Shown piece after piece: positions 34,356 through 45,503 of a stretch of 64,000 nt of DNA. The stretch spans positions 1,862,001-1,926,000 of the forward strand of contig CM075995.1 of assembly GCA_038087875.1 (NCBI GenBank), written 5' to 3'. Numbering within the stretch: position 1 is the stretch's first letter; every line of letters begins with the position of its first letter. The notes under the pieces are model-generated. The model searched no databases. It saw only the letters and a list, made by a program, of their open reading frames with translations, and was not told the origin of the DNA. Source of the stretch: Malacoraja senta. Lineage: Eukaryota. The position numbers and the translations under genes are program-made.

Positions 34356-36052
34356 GGGCGACATGGTGGTGCAGCGGTAGAGTTGCTGCCTTGCAGCGCC
34401 AGAAACATAGAAAATAGGTGCAGGAGTAGGCCATTCGGCCCTTCGAGCCTGCACCGCCATTCAATATGATCATGGCTGAGCATCCAACTCAGTATCCCGT
34501 ACCTGCTTTCTCTCCACACCACCTGATCCCTTTAGCCACAAGGGCCACATCTAACTCCCTCTTAAATATAGCCAATGAACTGGCCTCAACTACCTTCTGT
34601 GGCAGAGAATTCCAGAGATTCACCACTCTCTGTGTAAAAAATGTTTTTCTCATCTCAGTCCTAAAAGATTTCCCCTTTATCCTTAAACTGTGACCCCTTG
34701 TTCTGGACTTCCCCAACATCGGGAACAATCTTCCTGCATCTAGCCTGTCCAAACCCTTAAGAATTTTGTAAGTTTCTATAAGATCCCCCCTCAATCTTCT
34801 AAATTCTAGCGAGTACAAGCCGAGTCTATCCAGTCTTTCTTCATATGAAAGTCCTGACATCCCAGGAATCAGTCTGGTGAACCTTCTCTGTACTCCCTCT
34901 ATGGCAAGAATGTCCTTCCTCAGATTAGGAGACCAAAACTGTACGCAATACTCCAGGTGTGGTCTCACCAAGACCCTGTACAACTGCAGTAGAACGTCCC
35001 TGCTCCTATACTCAAATCCTTTTGCTATGAATGCTAACATACCATTCGCATTCATCACTGCCTGCTGCACCTGCATGCCCACTTTCAATGACTGGTGTAC
35101 CATGACACCCAGATCTCGTTGTATCTCCCCTTTTCCTAATCGGCCACCATTCAGGTAATAGTCTACTTTCCTGTTTTTGCCACCAAAGTGGATAACCTCA
35201 CATTTATCCACATTATACTGCATCTGCCATGCATTTGCCCACTCACCCAGCCTATCCAAGTCATCTTGCAGCCTCCTAGCACCCTCCTCACAGCTAACAC
35301 TGCCCCCCAGCTTCATGTCATCCGCAAACTTGGAGATGTTGCATTCAATTCCCTCGTCCAAATCATTAATAGATATTGTAATTAGCTGGGGTCCCAGCAC
35401 TGAGCCTTGCGGTACCCCACTAGTCACTGCCTGCCATTCGAAAAAGGACCCGTTTACTCCTACTCTTTGCTTCCTGTCTGCCAGCCAGTTCTCTATCCAC
35501 ATCAATACTGAACCCCCAATACCGTGTGCTTTAAATTTGTACAGAGACCCGGTTTCAATCCTCACTACTTGTGCTGTCTGAACGGAGTTTGTACGTTCTC
35601 CCTGTGACCTGCGTGGGTTTTCTCCGGGTGCTCCGGTTCCCTCCCACACTCAAAAGACTTACAGGTTTGTTTAAGAAAGAACTGCAGATGCTGGAAAAAT
35701 CGAAGGTAGATAAAAAAAGCTGGTGAAACTCAGCGGGTGAGGCAGCATCTATGGAGCGAAGGAATAGGTGACGTTTTGGGTCGAGACCCATCTTCAGACT
35801 GATGTCGGGGGGGGGGGGGAAGAAAGGAAGAGGCGGAGACAGTAGGCTGTGGGAGAGCTGGGAAGGGGAGGGGAAGGAGGGAGGGAGAAAGCAAGGACAG
35901 GTTTGTTGGTTTATTGGCTTCGGTAAAATTTTAAATTGTCCCTAGTGTGTGTAGGAGTGCTGGTGTGCGTCGATCACTGGTTGGCGTGGACGCGGTAGGC
36001 TGAAGGGTCCGTTTCTGCACTGTATCTCTAAACGAAACGAAACTAAACTAAA
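34356..36052 (+). mobile_element. HE1-like SINE split by a CR1 (34403-35540) and a Penelope fragment (35672-35896)
   Basis: SINE head ends GCAGCGCCAG and resumes CAGAGACCCGG at ~35542; 11-bp TSD ACAGGTTTGTT at 35661-35671 and 35897-35907 around the Penelope piece. Confidence 0.8.
34403..35540 (-). mobile_element. Young 5'-truncated CR1 with open RT C-terminal frame
   Basis: [33 protein letters not shown] without stops. Confidence 0.95.
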
Positions 36053-36204
36053 CATTGGAAAATGTCGCAGCTGTATAAAGAAGAAGAATCCACTCCAAGA
36101 ATGCCCACCATCCAGCTTATTTCTACTGCTGGAACCTGTCCTAGTGCTCAGTAGGCATAGCTGCCTCAAAGGAAAAAGGGCACCAAGTTACAGGAGGACG
36201 TGAG

Positions 36205-36950
36205 AGATGAATGGGGAGTGTTGTAGAACTGAGGGATCGTAGAGCAGAGGGATCTAGCAGGGCAAGTGCATGGATCCTTGAAAGTGGAGTCAATGGTGGA
36301 TAGGGTGGTCAAAAAGGCTTTCTGCACATTGGCCTTCATCAGTCAGAGTATTGAGTATAGAAGTTGGGAAGTCATGTGGCAGTATTATATGACGTAGGTG
36401 AGGCCGTATTTAGAGTTTTGTGTTAAGTTTTGGGCACCATGTTATAGGAAGGATGTTGTCAAGCTGGATAGGGTGCAGAGCAGATTTCCAAGGATGTTGC
36501 CAGGACTCGAGGGCCTGAGCTATGGGGGGAGGTTGAGCTAACTAGGACTCTATTCCTTGGAACGCAGGAAAACGAGTGGTGATCTTACAGAAGTGTACAA
36601 AATCTTGAGAGGAATAGATCGGGTAAATGCACGGAGTCCCTTGCCCAGAGTAGGGGAATCGAGAACCAGAGGACACAGGTTTAAGATGATTGGGGAAAAG
36701 ATTTAATAGGAATCCGAGGGGTAAATTCTTTACACAAGGGGTGGTGGGTGTATGGAACGAGCTGCTGGAGTAGGTAGTTGAGGCAGGGACTAGCGCAACG
36801 TTTAAGAAACATTTTTACAGGTACATGGACATGATAGGGTTAGAGGAATATGGGCAAAACGCAGGCAAGTGGAGCTAGTGTAGATGGAACATGTTGGTTG
36901 GTGTGTGCAAGTTGGGCCACGGGGTTTGTTTCCACACTGTATGACTCTAT
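36205..36950 (+). mobile_element. CR1-clade (HER1-like) LINE 3' fragment, degraded
   Basis: Homologous to 5870-6405. Confidence 0.75.
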
Positions 36951-36989
36951 GAATGTTTACACCACCTGCAACTATCAAATTATCTTTTT

Positions 36990-38093
36990 GTTTAGACAAT
37001 AGACAATAGGTGCAGGAGTAGGCCATTTGGCCCTTCGAGCCATTCAATGTGATCATGGCTGATCATCCACAATCAGTGCCCCGTTCCTGCCTTCTCCCCA
37101 TATCCCTTGACTCTGCTATCTTTAAGAGCCCTATCTAGCTCTCTCTTGAAAGTATCCAGAGAACCAACCTCCACCGCTCTCTGAGGCAGAGAATTCCACA
37201 GACTCACAACTCTCTGTGTCAAAAAGTGTTTCCTCATCTCCGTTCTAAATGGCTTACTCCTTATTCTTAAACTGTGGTCCCTTGTTCTGGACTCCCCCAA
37301 CATCGTGAATATGTTTCCTGCCTCTAGCGTGTCCAAATCCTTCACAATCTTATATGTTTCAATAAGATAATTATATGTTTATATGTTTATATCATTATAT
37401 GTTTCATCCTAATTTCCAGAGTATACAAGCCCAGTCGCTCCATTCTATCAACATATGACAGTCCCGCCATCCCGGGAATTAACCTCGTGAACCTGCGCTG
37501 CACTCCCTCAATAGCAAGAAAGTCAGGACTTTCATATGAAGAAAGACTGGATAGACTTGGCTTATACTCGCTAGAATTTAGGACATTGAGAGGGGATCTT
37601 ATAGAAACGTACAAAATTCTTATGGGGTTGGACAGGCTAGATGCAGGAAGATTGTTCCCGATGTTGGGGAAGTCCAGGACAAGGGGTCACAGCTTAAGGA
37701 TAAGGGGGAAATCCTTTAGGACCGAGATGAGGAAAAACTTTTTCACACAGAGAGTGGTGAATCTCTGGAACTCTCTGCCACAGAGGGTAGTTGAGGCCAG
37801 TTCATTGGCTATATTTAAGAGGGAGTTAGATGTGGCCCTTGTGGCTAAGGGGATCAGGGGGTATGGAGAGAAGGCAGGTACGGGATACTGAGTTGGATGA
37901 TCAGCCATGATCATATTGAATGGCGGTGCAGGCTCGAAGGGCCAAATGGCCTACTCCTGCACCTATTTTCTATGTATCTATGTATCTAAGTCCTTCCTCA
38001 AATTTGGAGACCAAAACTGCGCACAATACTCCAGGTGTGGTCTCACTAGGGCCCAGTACAACTGCAGAAGGACATCTTTGCTCCGATACTCAA
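36990..38093. mobile_element. Minus-strand CR1 interrupted by a plus-strand CR1 (~37521-37988)
   Basis: Host ATAGCAAGAA...TCCTTCCTCAAA resumes after the insert; ORFs 37073..37345 and 37487..37891. Confidence 0.85.
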
Positions 38094-38156
38094 CGTTTAT
38101 TTTTTTGCATGGTATGGAGACAGATCAGGTCTATCATATATAAATACAATCAAGTC

Positions 38157-38300
38157 TTCTTCTTATCGAGTCCACACACAAGATTAGAAGTTGTTCAGCC
38201 AGAACTGAACATACTTCTCGGCATCTGCAAACAATGGTGTCTGCCTTGCGCTTCTTGTGTGTGGTGGTGGAAACATTGGTGGAAACAGTTCCTCGACTCC
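38157..38300 (-). mobile_element. Short retro-insertion with GAA tail and 14-bp TSD (RTE-type 3' end?)
   Basis: AATACAATCAAGTC at 38143-38156 and 38301-38314. Confidence 0.65.
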
Positions 38301-39395
38301 AATACAATCAAGTCAAACGCAAGTACAATAGGTAGAGCAAAGGAGAAGATGTACCGTGCAGAGGATAATTCTCAAGATTGTTGCATATCAGTTCTCTAGA
38401 GAAAGTCTAATGTCCATAATGTGGTCGAGGTGAATTGGACAGTGCCCTAGGTTATGGAAAGACACTTCAGAAGCCTAATAACCGAGGGCATGAAGCTGCT
38501 GGAGGAGGTGGTGCAGGGGCGATCACAATGTTGCAGGGGCGATCACAATGTTTAAGAAACATTTGGGCAGGTACGTGGACAGGATAGGTTTAGAGGGATT
38601 GGGCCTAAAGCCCAATTAGTTGGGATTAGTGTAGATGGGACATCTTGGTTGGTGTGGGAAAGTTGGGCCGAAGGGCCTGTTTCCACACTGTACGACTCCG
38701 TGACTCGCTCTCTCTGCGACTCTAATCTGCTCCCAAGTCTGGTGGTTCATGCTTTAACACGTCTGTACCTTCTGGCAGGGCGGAGGGGGGGGGCACAAAT
38801 GCTGGAGAAACTCAGCGGGTCAGGCAGCATCTCTAGAGGACATGAATAGGTGACGTTACGGGTCGGAAACCTTCTTCCAGCATTTTTCACAAAGTGACTT
38901 ATTTTCAAAAGCATTTTGTTTAGTTTAGTTTAGTTTAGTTTAGAAACAGGCCCTTCGGCCCAACTTGCCCACACCGGCCAACAATGTCCCAGCTACATTA
39001 GTCCCATCTGCCCATGTTTGGTCCATATCCCTCCAAACCTGTCCTATCCATGTACCTGTCTATCTGTTTCTTAAACGTTGGGATAGTCCCAGCCTCAACT
39101 ACCTCCTCTGGCAGCTTGTTCCATACAGCCACCAACCTTTGTGTGGAATAGTCACCCCTCAGATTCCTATTAGGTTTTTTCCCCTTCACCTTAAACCTAT
39201 GTCCTCTGGTCCTCGATTCACAGCAAGAGACTCTGTGCGTCTACCCGATCTATTCCTCTCATGATTTTAAACATGTCTTTGAAATGGTGACCTGTCTGCA
39301 TGTCCATGTGAGAGAAGAAATGCTGTCAGTGATCCACAGCTGATATGCACCATAGAATGTGACCCCAATGCATGTCACAGGAGCAAAATACTCCT

Positions 39396-39761
39396 TTTTT
39401 TCTTCTTTTTTTTTTGAAAATATTTTTTATTGGAGATAAGTACACAACCTATTAACATCATTACCAGTCTTACATTTTTGAATTGATAATATTGTCAATT
39501 ATTATTACATTGTCTCCAATACCTTTTGCCTTTTTTTTGTTTTTTTTAAACTAGATAGAACTAAAAAGATAGATGAAGTAAAGAAAGAAAAGAGAGAGAA
39601 AGAAAAAAAAAACAGAAAAAAAAAAAACCAGAAAAGAAAAAGATAGTTAAAGAAGAATGGAAACATTTATTAAAATAAAAAACTTCATTCGAGATATATT
39701 CGTACATTTCAGAGTATAGCATTTCATCCATTCTTTAGCCCGAGTGTTAGTCAGGTGGAGT
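39396..39761 (-). mobile_element. L1-type 3'UTR/poly(A) insertion with 17-bp TSD
   Basis: AGGAGCAAAATACTCCT at 39379-39395 and 39762-39778; poly-T at left end. Confidence 0.75.
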
Positions 39762-39779
39762 AGGAGCAAAATACTCCTA

Positions 39780-40610
39780 CTCCACCATTCCATCATGGCT
39801 GCTCCATCGTTCCCTCTTAACCCCATTCTCCTGCCTGCTCCCCATTGGCCTTGGCACCTTTACTAATCAAGATTCTGTCAATCTGCTCCTTAAAAATACC
39901 CAGTGATGTGGCCTCCACAGCCGTCCGTGGCAATGAATTCCACAGATTCACCACCCTCTGATGAAAGAAATTCCCCCTCATCTCCTTTCTAGAGGTACGT
40001 CCTTTTATTCTGAGGCTCTGGACTCTCCTACGAGTCTCTAGATTCATCTTCTTCAGATTCACTCCATCCAGGTCGTTTGCTATTCGTTAATGTATATTGT
40101 AAAGAGCTGCGGTCCCAGCACCGAGCCTTCCTGTACCCCACTAGTCACTGCCTGCCATTCAGAAAAGGACCCGTTAATCCCTACTCTTTGTTTCCTGTCT
40201 GCCAACCAACTTTCTATCCATGTCAGTACCCTACCCCCAATATCATGTGCTCTAATTTGACCCACTAATCTCCTATGTGGGACCTTATCAAAGGCTTTCT
40301 GAAAGTCCAGGTACACTACATCCACTGGCTCTCCCTTGTCCATTTTCCTAGTTACATCTTCAAAAAATTCCAGAAGATTAGTCAAGCATGATTTCCCCTT
40401 CGTAAATCCATGCTGACTCGGACCGATCCTGTTACTGCTATCCAAATGTGTCGCTATTTCATCTTTTATAATTGCCTCCAGTATCTTCCCCACCACCGAT
40501 GTCAGTCTACTGCTCTATAATTCCCTGTTTTCTCTCTCCCGCCTTTCTAAAAAGGGAATCACATTAGCTACCCTCCAATCCACAGGAACTGATCCTGAAT
40601 CTATAGAACA
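39780..40610 (-). mobile_element. CR1 fragments including RT N-terminal part
   Basis: QHGFTKGKSCLTNL, YLDFQKAFDKVPH. Confidence 0.9.
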
Positions 40611-40611
40611 T

Positions 40612-40810
40612 TGGGGCTGCACGGTGGCGCAGCAGTAGAGTTGCTGCCTTACAGCGCCAGAGAACCGAGTTTGATCCTGACTACGGATGCTTTGTCTGCA
40701 CAGAGTTTGTACGTTCTCCCCGTGACCATGTGGGTTTTCTCCTGTTGCTCAGGTTTCCTTCCACACTCCAAAGCCGTACAGGTTTGTAGGTTAATTGGCT
40801 TGGGTAAAAG
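40612..40810 (+). mobile_element. HE1-like SINE, 5' part
   Basis: Head and V-domain. Confidence 0.8.
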
Positions 40811-40911
40811 TTGTTGATGGACCTGACCCGAAACGCCACCTATTCCTTCTCACCAGAGGCCCGCTCTTGACCCGCTGAGCTACCAGCGTTTGGTGTCTAT
40901 CTTCGGATGAA

Positions 40912-41280
40912 ATCACTCTTTAGTGATGTTGACTGAAGGGCCTGTCCCACTTGGCCGTCATTTGAGCGTAATTTACGCGTCATCATTTACGCGTCACGAC
41001 GCACGCGTCATGACACGCACATGATGCGCGCATGGTGCGCATTACACGGGCATGGTGCGTGATGACATAGGCAGTGACGCGCGGCCACGTGCGGTGTCGC
41101 AGGATTTTGTGATGTACAAAATCTTCGCGCGCCATCTGCGTGACGTGCAAATGATGGCCAAGTGGGACAGGCCCTTGAGGCATCAAAGATTGACCATGTG
41201 AGAAAGATGGCACGTGCAACAATGCAGTCTTCCAACAGTAATGCACTTGGAGAGTTAACTTGGATTATGTGCTCAAGCCT
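40912..41280 (-). mobile_element. Ancient Deu-domain SINE (SacSINE1/AmnSINE1-like) remnant split by MITE 4
   Basis: GAAAGATGGCAC...GCAGT...TGCACTTGGAG...GATTATGTGCTCAAG resembles the antisense Deu domain as recalled; not searched. Confidence 0.5.
40937..41175. mobile_element. PIF/Harbinger-like MITE 4
   Basis: TIR AGGGCCTGTCCCACTTGGCCRTCATTTG; TGA TSD at 40934-40936 and 41176-41178. Confidence 0.85.
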
Positions 41281-41509
41281 CTTGTCTCAGCGGCTGGAGT
41301 GTCATAGAGTCATAGAGTGATACAATGTGGAAACAGGCCCTTCGGCCCAACTTGCCACACCGGCCAACATGTCCCAGCTACACTAGTCCCACCAGCCTGT
41401 GTTTGGACCATATCCCTCCAAACCGATGTCCAAATGTTTCTTAAATATTACAATAGTATCTGCCTCAACTACCTCCTCCAGCAGCTGGTTCCATACACCC
41501 ACCACCCTT

Positions 41510-42700
41510 TCAAAAAGAAAAAGAGAGAAAAAAGTGGTGGTATACCTGCCTCTCGTCCCCCCCCCCCCCCCCTCACCCAACCCATAGTTGGATTTAAATC
41601 CAAAGTTGTGTTGCGCCATACTATCCTTGTAAGAATTCGGTGAAGGGTGTCCATGTCTTGAAAAAATGATCTGGTTTTTCTGCCAAGACAAGTCTAATAT
41701 TTTCAAGTGGTGTCTCGGACATGTTTGTAATCCACATCTTAACAGTAGGGACTGATGTGTGTTTCCAAAATTTAAGTATTCGTTTTTTCGCCGTTATCAA
41801 GCCATAATTAAGGAAACGTCTTTGGAATAATGTTAGCTCAGAACAGGCTTCTGACGTACCTAGAGTGATCAGTTCAGTGTCGCGGTCCAATTTTATTTTA
41901 AGTATTTTAGAAAAAATTTCAAAAATTCCTCTCCAGAAATTATGTAACTTTATACAAGAGGCAAAAGAATGGGTGATAGTTGCTTCCTGAAGGAGACATT
42001 TATCACAAATAGGAGAAACATTTGGGAAGATCTTATTCAGTTTACTTTGAATAATAGAGTCTGTGCAGTATTTTAAATTGTATTAGCGAATGCCTAACGT
42101 TAAGATTGTTAAAATTGTTAGGCCGAGTTCATCTTCCCAAGCTCGTCTAATTACTTCCGACGATGGGGTTTGTATATTTAAAAGGGTATTATAAAGGTAT
42201 GATATGAACTTGTTTGAATCCGAGTTTCTATTCATACATTGGTCTAGTGTGTCTGGAACCATATATTGACAGTCTTGGGTATATGATTTCAGATAGTCTC
42301 GTATTTGAAGATATCTAAAGTATTGGCTACCTTTCAGATGATATTTCCTCTGTAATTCTTGAAATGAGAGAAGAGTTCCCATCTCATAAAGATCTCCCAG
42401 TTTTTTTAATTCCTAATCTTTCCCAGTGTGTGAACGTCTTGTCTAAGATAGAGGGCTTGAACGAGGGATTATTGGCAATTGGTGAGAGAAGAGATACATT
42501 TCTCAGTTCCAGGGTTGACCACTTGTTTCCAGATTCGTAGGGTACTGTGGATAATCGGATTGTTCTCATATACTGTTTTCTTCAAATTTATTGGAGAGAG
42601 AAGAATCGCGCCTATATTAAAAGGCGAACAATCTTCTCTCTCCATTATTAACCATTTTACCTGTTGGCATGTGTTGTCCATCCAATAGATAACTTTTTTA
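41510..42700 (-). mobile_element. L1/Tx1-clade ORF2 C-terminal fragment (frameshifted)
   Basis: FRYLQIRDYLK, AKKRILKFWK, WTPF; homologous to 22980-23883. Confidence 0.85.
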
Positions 42701-43029
42701 ATAACTCACATTTTCTGAGCATAAACGTATTTTGCTTTGTTCGGATTATCTTATTTTACATTCCAGTACCGTTTTCGACTTGCAGTTCGTTTCTTTGTCC
42801 TGATCCTAAATAGAATTAAATGACACGGAGAGAGAAAAAAAATTAGTGATGGTGCTTTTAATTCATCAGGGGATTTCACCCATGAAATTAGTTACATTCA
42901 AACCTTCTGGAAAATAAAGTGTGCTACCGTATTCAATTAATGTGACTGTATTCACTGCATCAGCGACGTTGAGACTAAGATGCGTCTGGATATATGCAGC
43001 GTACTGCTTTTAACCAGGTTGAGGTGAGC

Positions 43030-43455
43030 TATTGACTCCATTTACACCTCGCGTTGCCTCGGCAAGGCCAGCAGCATAATCAAGGACCCGTCTCACCCCG
43101 GCCACTCCCTCTTCTCCCCTCTCCCATCAGGCAAGAGGTGCAGAAGTTTGAAAACGCACACCTCCAATTTCAGGGTGTTTCTTCCCAGCTGTTATCAGGC
43201 AACTGAACCATCCTCCCAACACCTCGAGAGTGGTCCTGGGCTACTATTTACCTCATTGAAGACCCCCCGTCGATCTTTAAACCAGACTTTACTGTACTTT
43301 ATCTTGCTCTGAACATGATTGCCTTTATCATGTATCTGTACACTGTGGACAGCTCGATTGTAATCATGTACGGTCTTCCCGCTGACTGGTTAGCACTCAA
43401 CAAAAAGCTTTTCACTGTACCTCGGTACACGTGACAATAAGTTAAACTGAATAAA
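43030..43455 (+). mobile_element. Rex1/Babar 3' end
   Basis: Encodes KASSIIKDPSHPGHSLFSPLPSGKRCRSLK; Rex1-type tail. Confidence 0.8.
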
Positions 43456-43689
43456 ACTACTATTCCCAGTCCCATGCCAACATTTTTGTCCTAGGCCTCC
43501 TCCATGGCCAGAGTGAAACAACAGGCTACTGATAGGAACAGCGTCTCATATTCCACTTGGGCAACTTACAACATTGACTTCTCCAATTTAAAGTAATACC
43601 CTCCTCCTCCCCCCCTCTCGCTTTCCTGAGACCCCTCTCGCCCTGAGTCAGTGGCACCAATCTCTCCAATAAATCCCAGACCTCCAGTC

Positions 43690-44090
43690 ATCATAAGTTC
43701 ATATGGTCATAAGTGATAGGCCATTCAGCCCATCAAGTCTACTCCGCCATTCAATTATGGCTGATCTATCTCTCCCTCCTAACCCCATTCTCCTGCCTTC
43801 TCCCCATAACCCCTGACGCCCGTACCAATCAAGAATCTAACTATCTCTGCCGCAAAAATATCCATTGACCTGGCCTCCACAGCCTTCTGTGGCAAAGAAT
43901 TCCACAGATTCACCACCCTCTGACTAAAGAAATTACTCCTCATCTTCCTAAAGGAATGTCCTTTAATACTGAGGCCATGACCTCTAGTCCTGGACTCTCC
44001 CACTAGTGGAAACATCCTCTCCACATCCACTCTATCCAGGCCTTTCACTATTCTGTATCCATTGACTTGACCTCCGCAGCCTTCTGTAAA
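43690..44090 (-). mobile_element. CR1 3' fragment
   Basis: ORF 43779..44093. Confidence 0.85.
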
Positions 44091-44292
44091 CATCCTGCTC
44101 CCTTCCCCTTCTTCACACTGTCATCTCCCATTCCCAAGTCCCTTGTTTCCCTTTTATCCTCCCACTCTCCCCTCCCCTCGGTCCCACCCATATCCCTCCC
44201 TCTGGCTTTTCTCCTTCCCTTTAGTCTCCTTTGTCACTAAACTCCATCGGTGTGCCAACCCAACCCCCTCACCTGTATCCACCTATCACTTG

Positions 44293-44515
44293 TGTAAGAA
44301 GGAACTGCAGATGCTGGTAAAATCGGAGGTAGACACAAAATGCTGGAGTAACTCAGCGGGTGAGGCAGCATCTCCAGAGAGAAGGAACGGGCGAAGTTTC
44401 GGGTCGGGACCCTTCTTCAGACTGATGAAGGGTCTCGACCCGAAACATCACAGATTCCTTCTCTCCAGAGATGCTGCCTGTCCCGCTGAGTTACCATAGC
44501 ATTTTGTGTCTACCT
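44293..44515. mobile_element. Palindromic Penelope-derived mini-element with TSD
   Basis: 15-bp TSD TCCACCTATCACTTG at 44278-44292 and 44516-44530; core CTGATGAAGGGTCTCGACCCGAAA. Confidence 0.85.
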
Positions 44516-44766
44516 TCCACCTATCACTTGCCAGGCTTTGCCCTGGAGTTTTATGAGTTCACTGTGATCTTAACATTAGAAGCTGCAAACATAAATTGTA
44601 TTGGCAAAAAGATAACGTTACATTTTGTGTGTAATGTGCAGATAGTGTTTTCCCTCTCTCTCCATCCCTCCCCCATCCAAGTTCTCCGGTCAGTCTGCCT
44701 GTCTGCCTGATTCCATTTTACATCGTCTGCCTGGTTGTCACCTTCCCCTGGCCAACAATGATCTAT

Positions 44767-44949
44767 TCTAAAGAGAGACACAAAATGCTGGAGTAACTCA
44801 GCGGGACGGGCAGCATCTCTGAAGAGAAGGAACGGGTGACGTTTCGGGTCGAGACCCTTCCTCAGATTCAAGGGTCTCGACCCGAAACGTCCTGCCTGTC
44901 CCGCTGAGTTTTGCGTCTATATTCGGTTTAAACCAGCATCTGCAGTTCC
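44767..44949. mobile_element. Palindromic mini-element inserted in an older Penelope 3'UTR (~44650-45150)
   Basis: 12-bp TSD ACAATGATCTAT at 44755-44766 and 44950-44961. Confidence 0.75.
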
Positions 44950-45503
44950 ACAATGATCTATACAACATTTTCCTTAATCTTCGTCCCTTCTGATCTCTCG
45001 TTTTTCAGCCCTTACCCTTCCATATCGTAGTGTCTCCCTCTACCCTGACTCTCAGTCTGAAGAAGGGGTCTCGACCCAAAACGTCACCCATTCCTTCTCT
45101 CCAGAGATGCTGCCTGTCCCGCTGAGTTACTCCAGCACTTTGTGTCTATCTCAGATATTCCTTGGACCTGACTAATTTCTCATGAATTTCCTAAACTCTG
45201 ACCTTTAGCATTTCCTCAAGAGTTGTCAAAAGCACAGAGCAGGGGAAAAAATTAAAAAAAGTTTGAGTCAATGCAGACCCAATGATTGTTGATGTCAAAA
45301 TAACACAAAGCAGCGTTCAGTTATCATGGCCTGGCGCTAGTCACGGTTTCTGTCATTCCCACGTCATTTGACAACAGCAGCAGTGAGTCTGAAGGATTGC
45401 TATAGTTTATTACACACCTCTTAAGGTAGTTTAGTTAGTTTAGTTTAGAGATACAGCGCGGAATCAGGCGAATCCGCACCGACCAGCAATCCCCGTACAC
45501 TAA

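Noticed and set aside
34489..35649. 386-aa ORF as an intact gene
   Set aside because: Chimeric: the N-terminus is antisense SINE sequence and the rest is a 5'-truncated CR1 ORF2
38513..38552. 20-bp tandem duplication GCAGGGGCGATCACAATGTT
   Set aside because: Simple two-copy slippage within a LINE remnant
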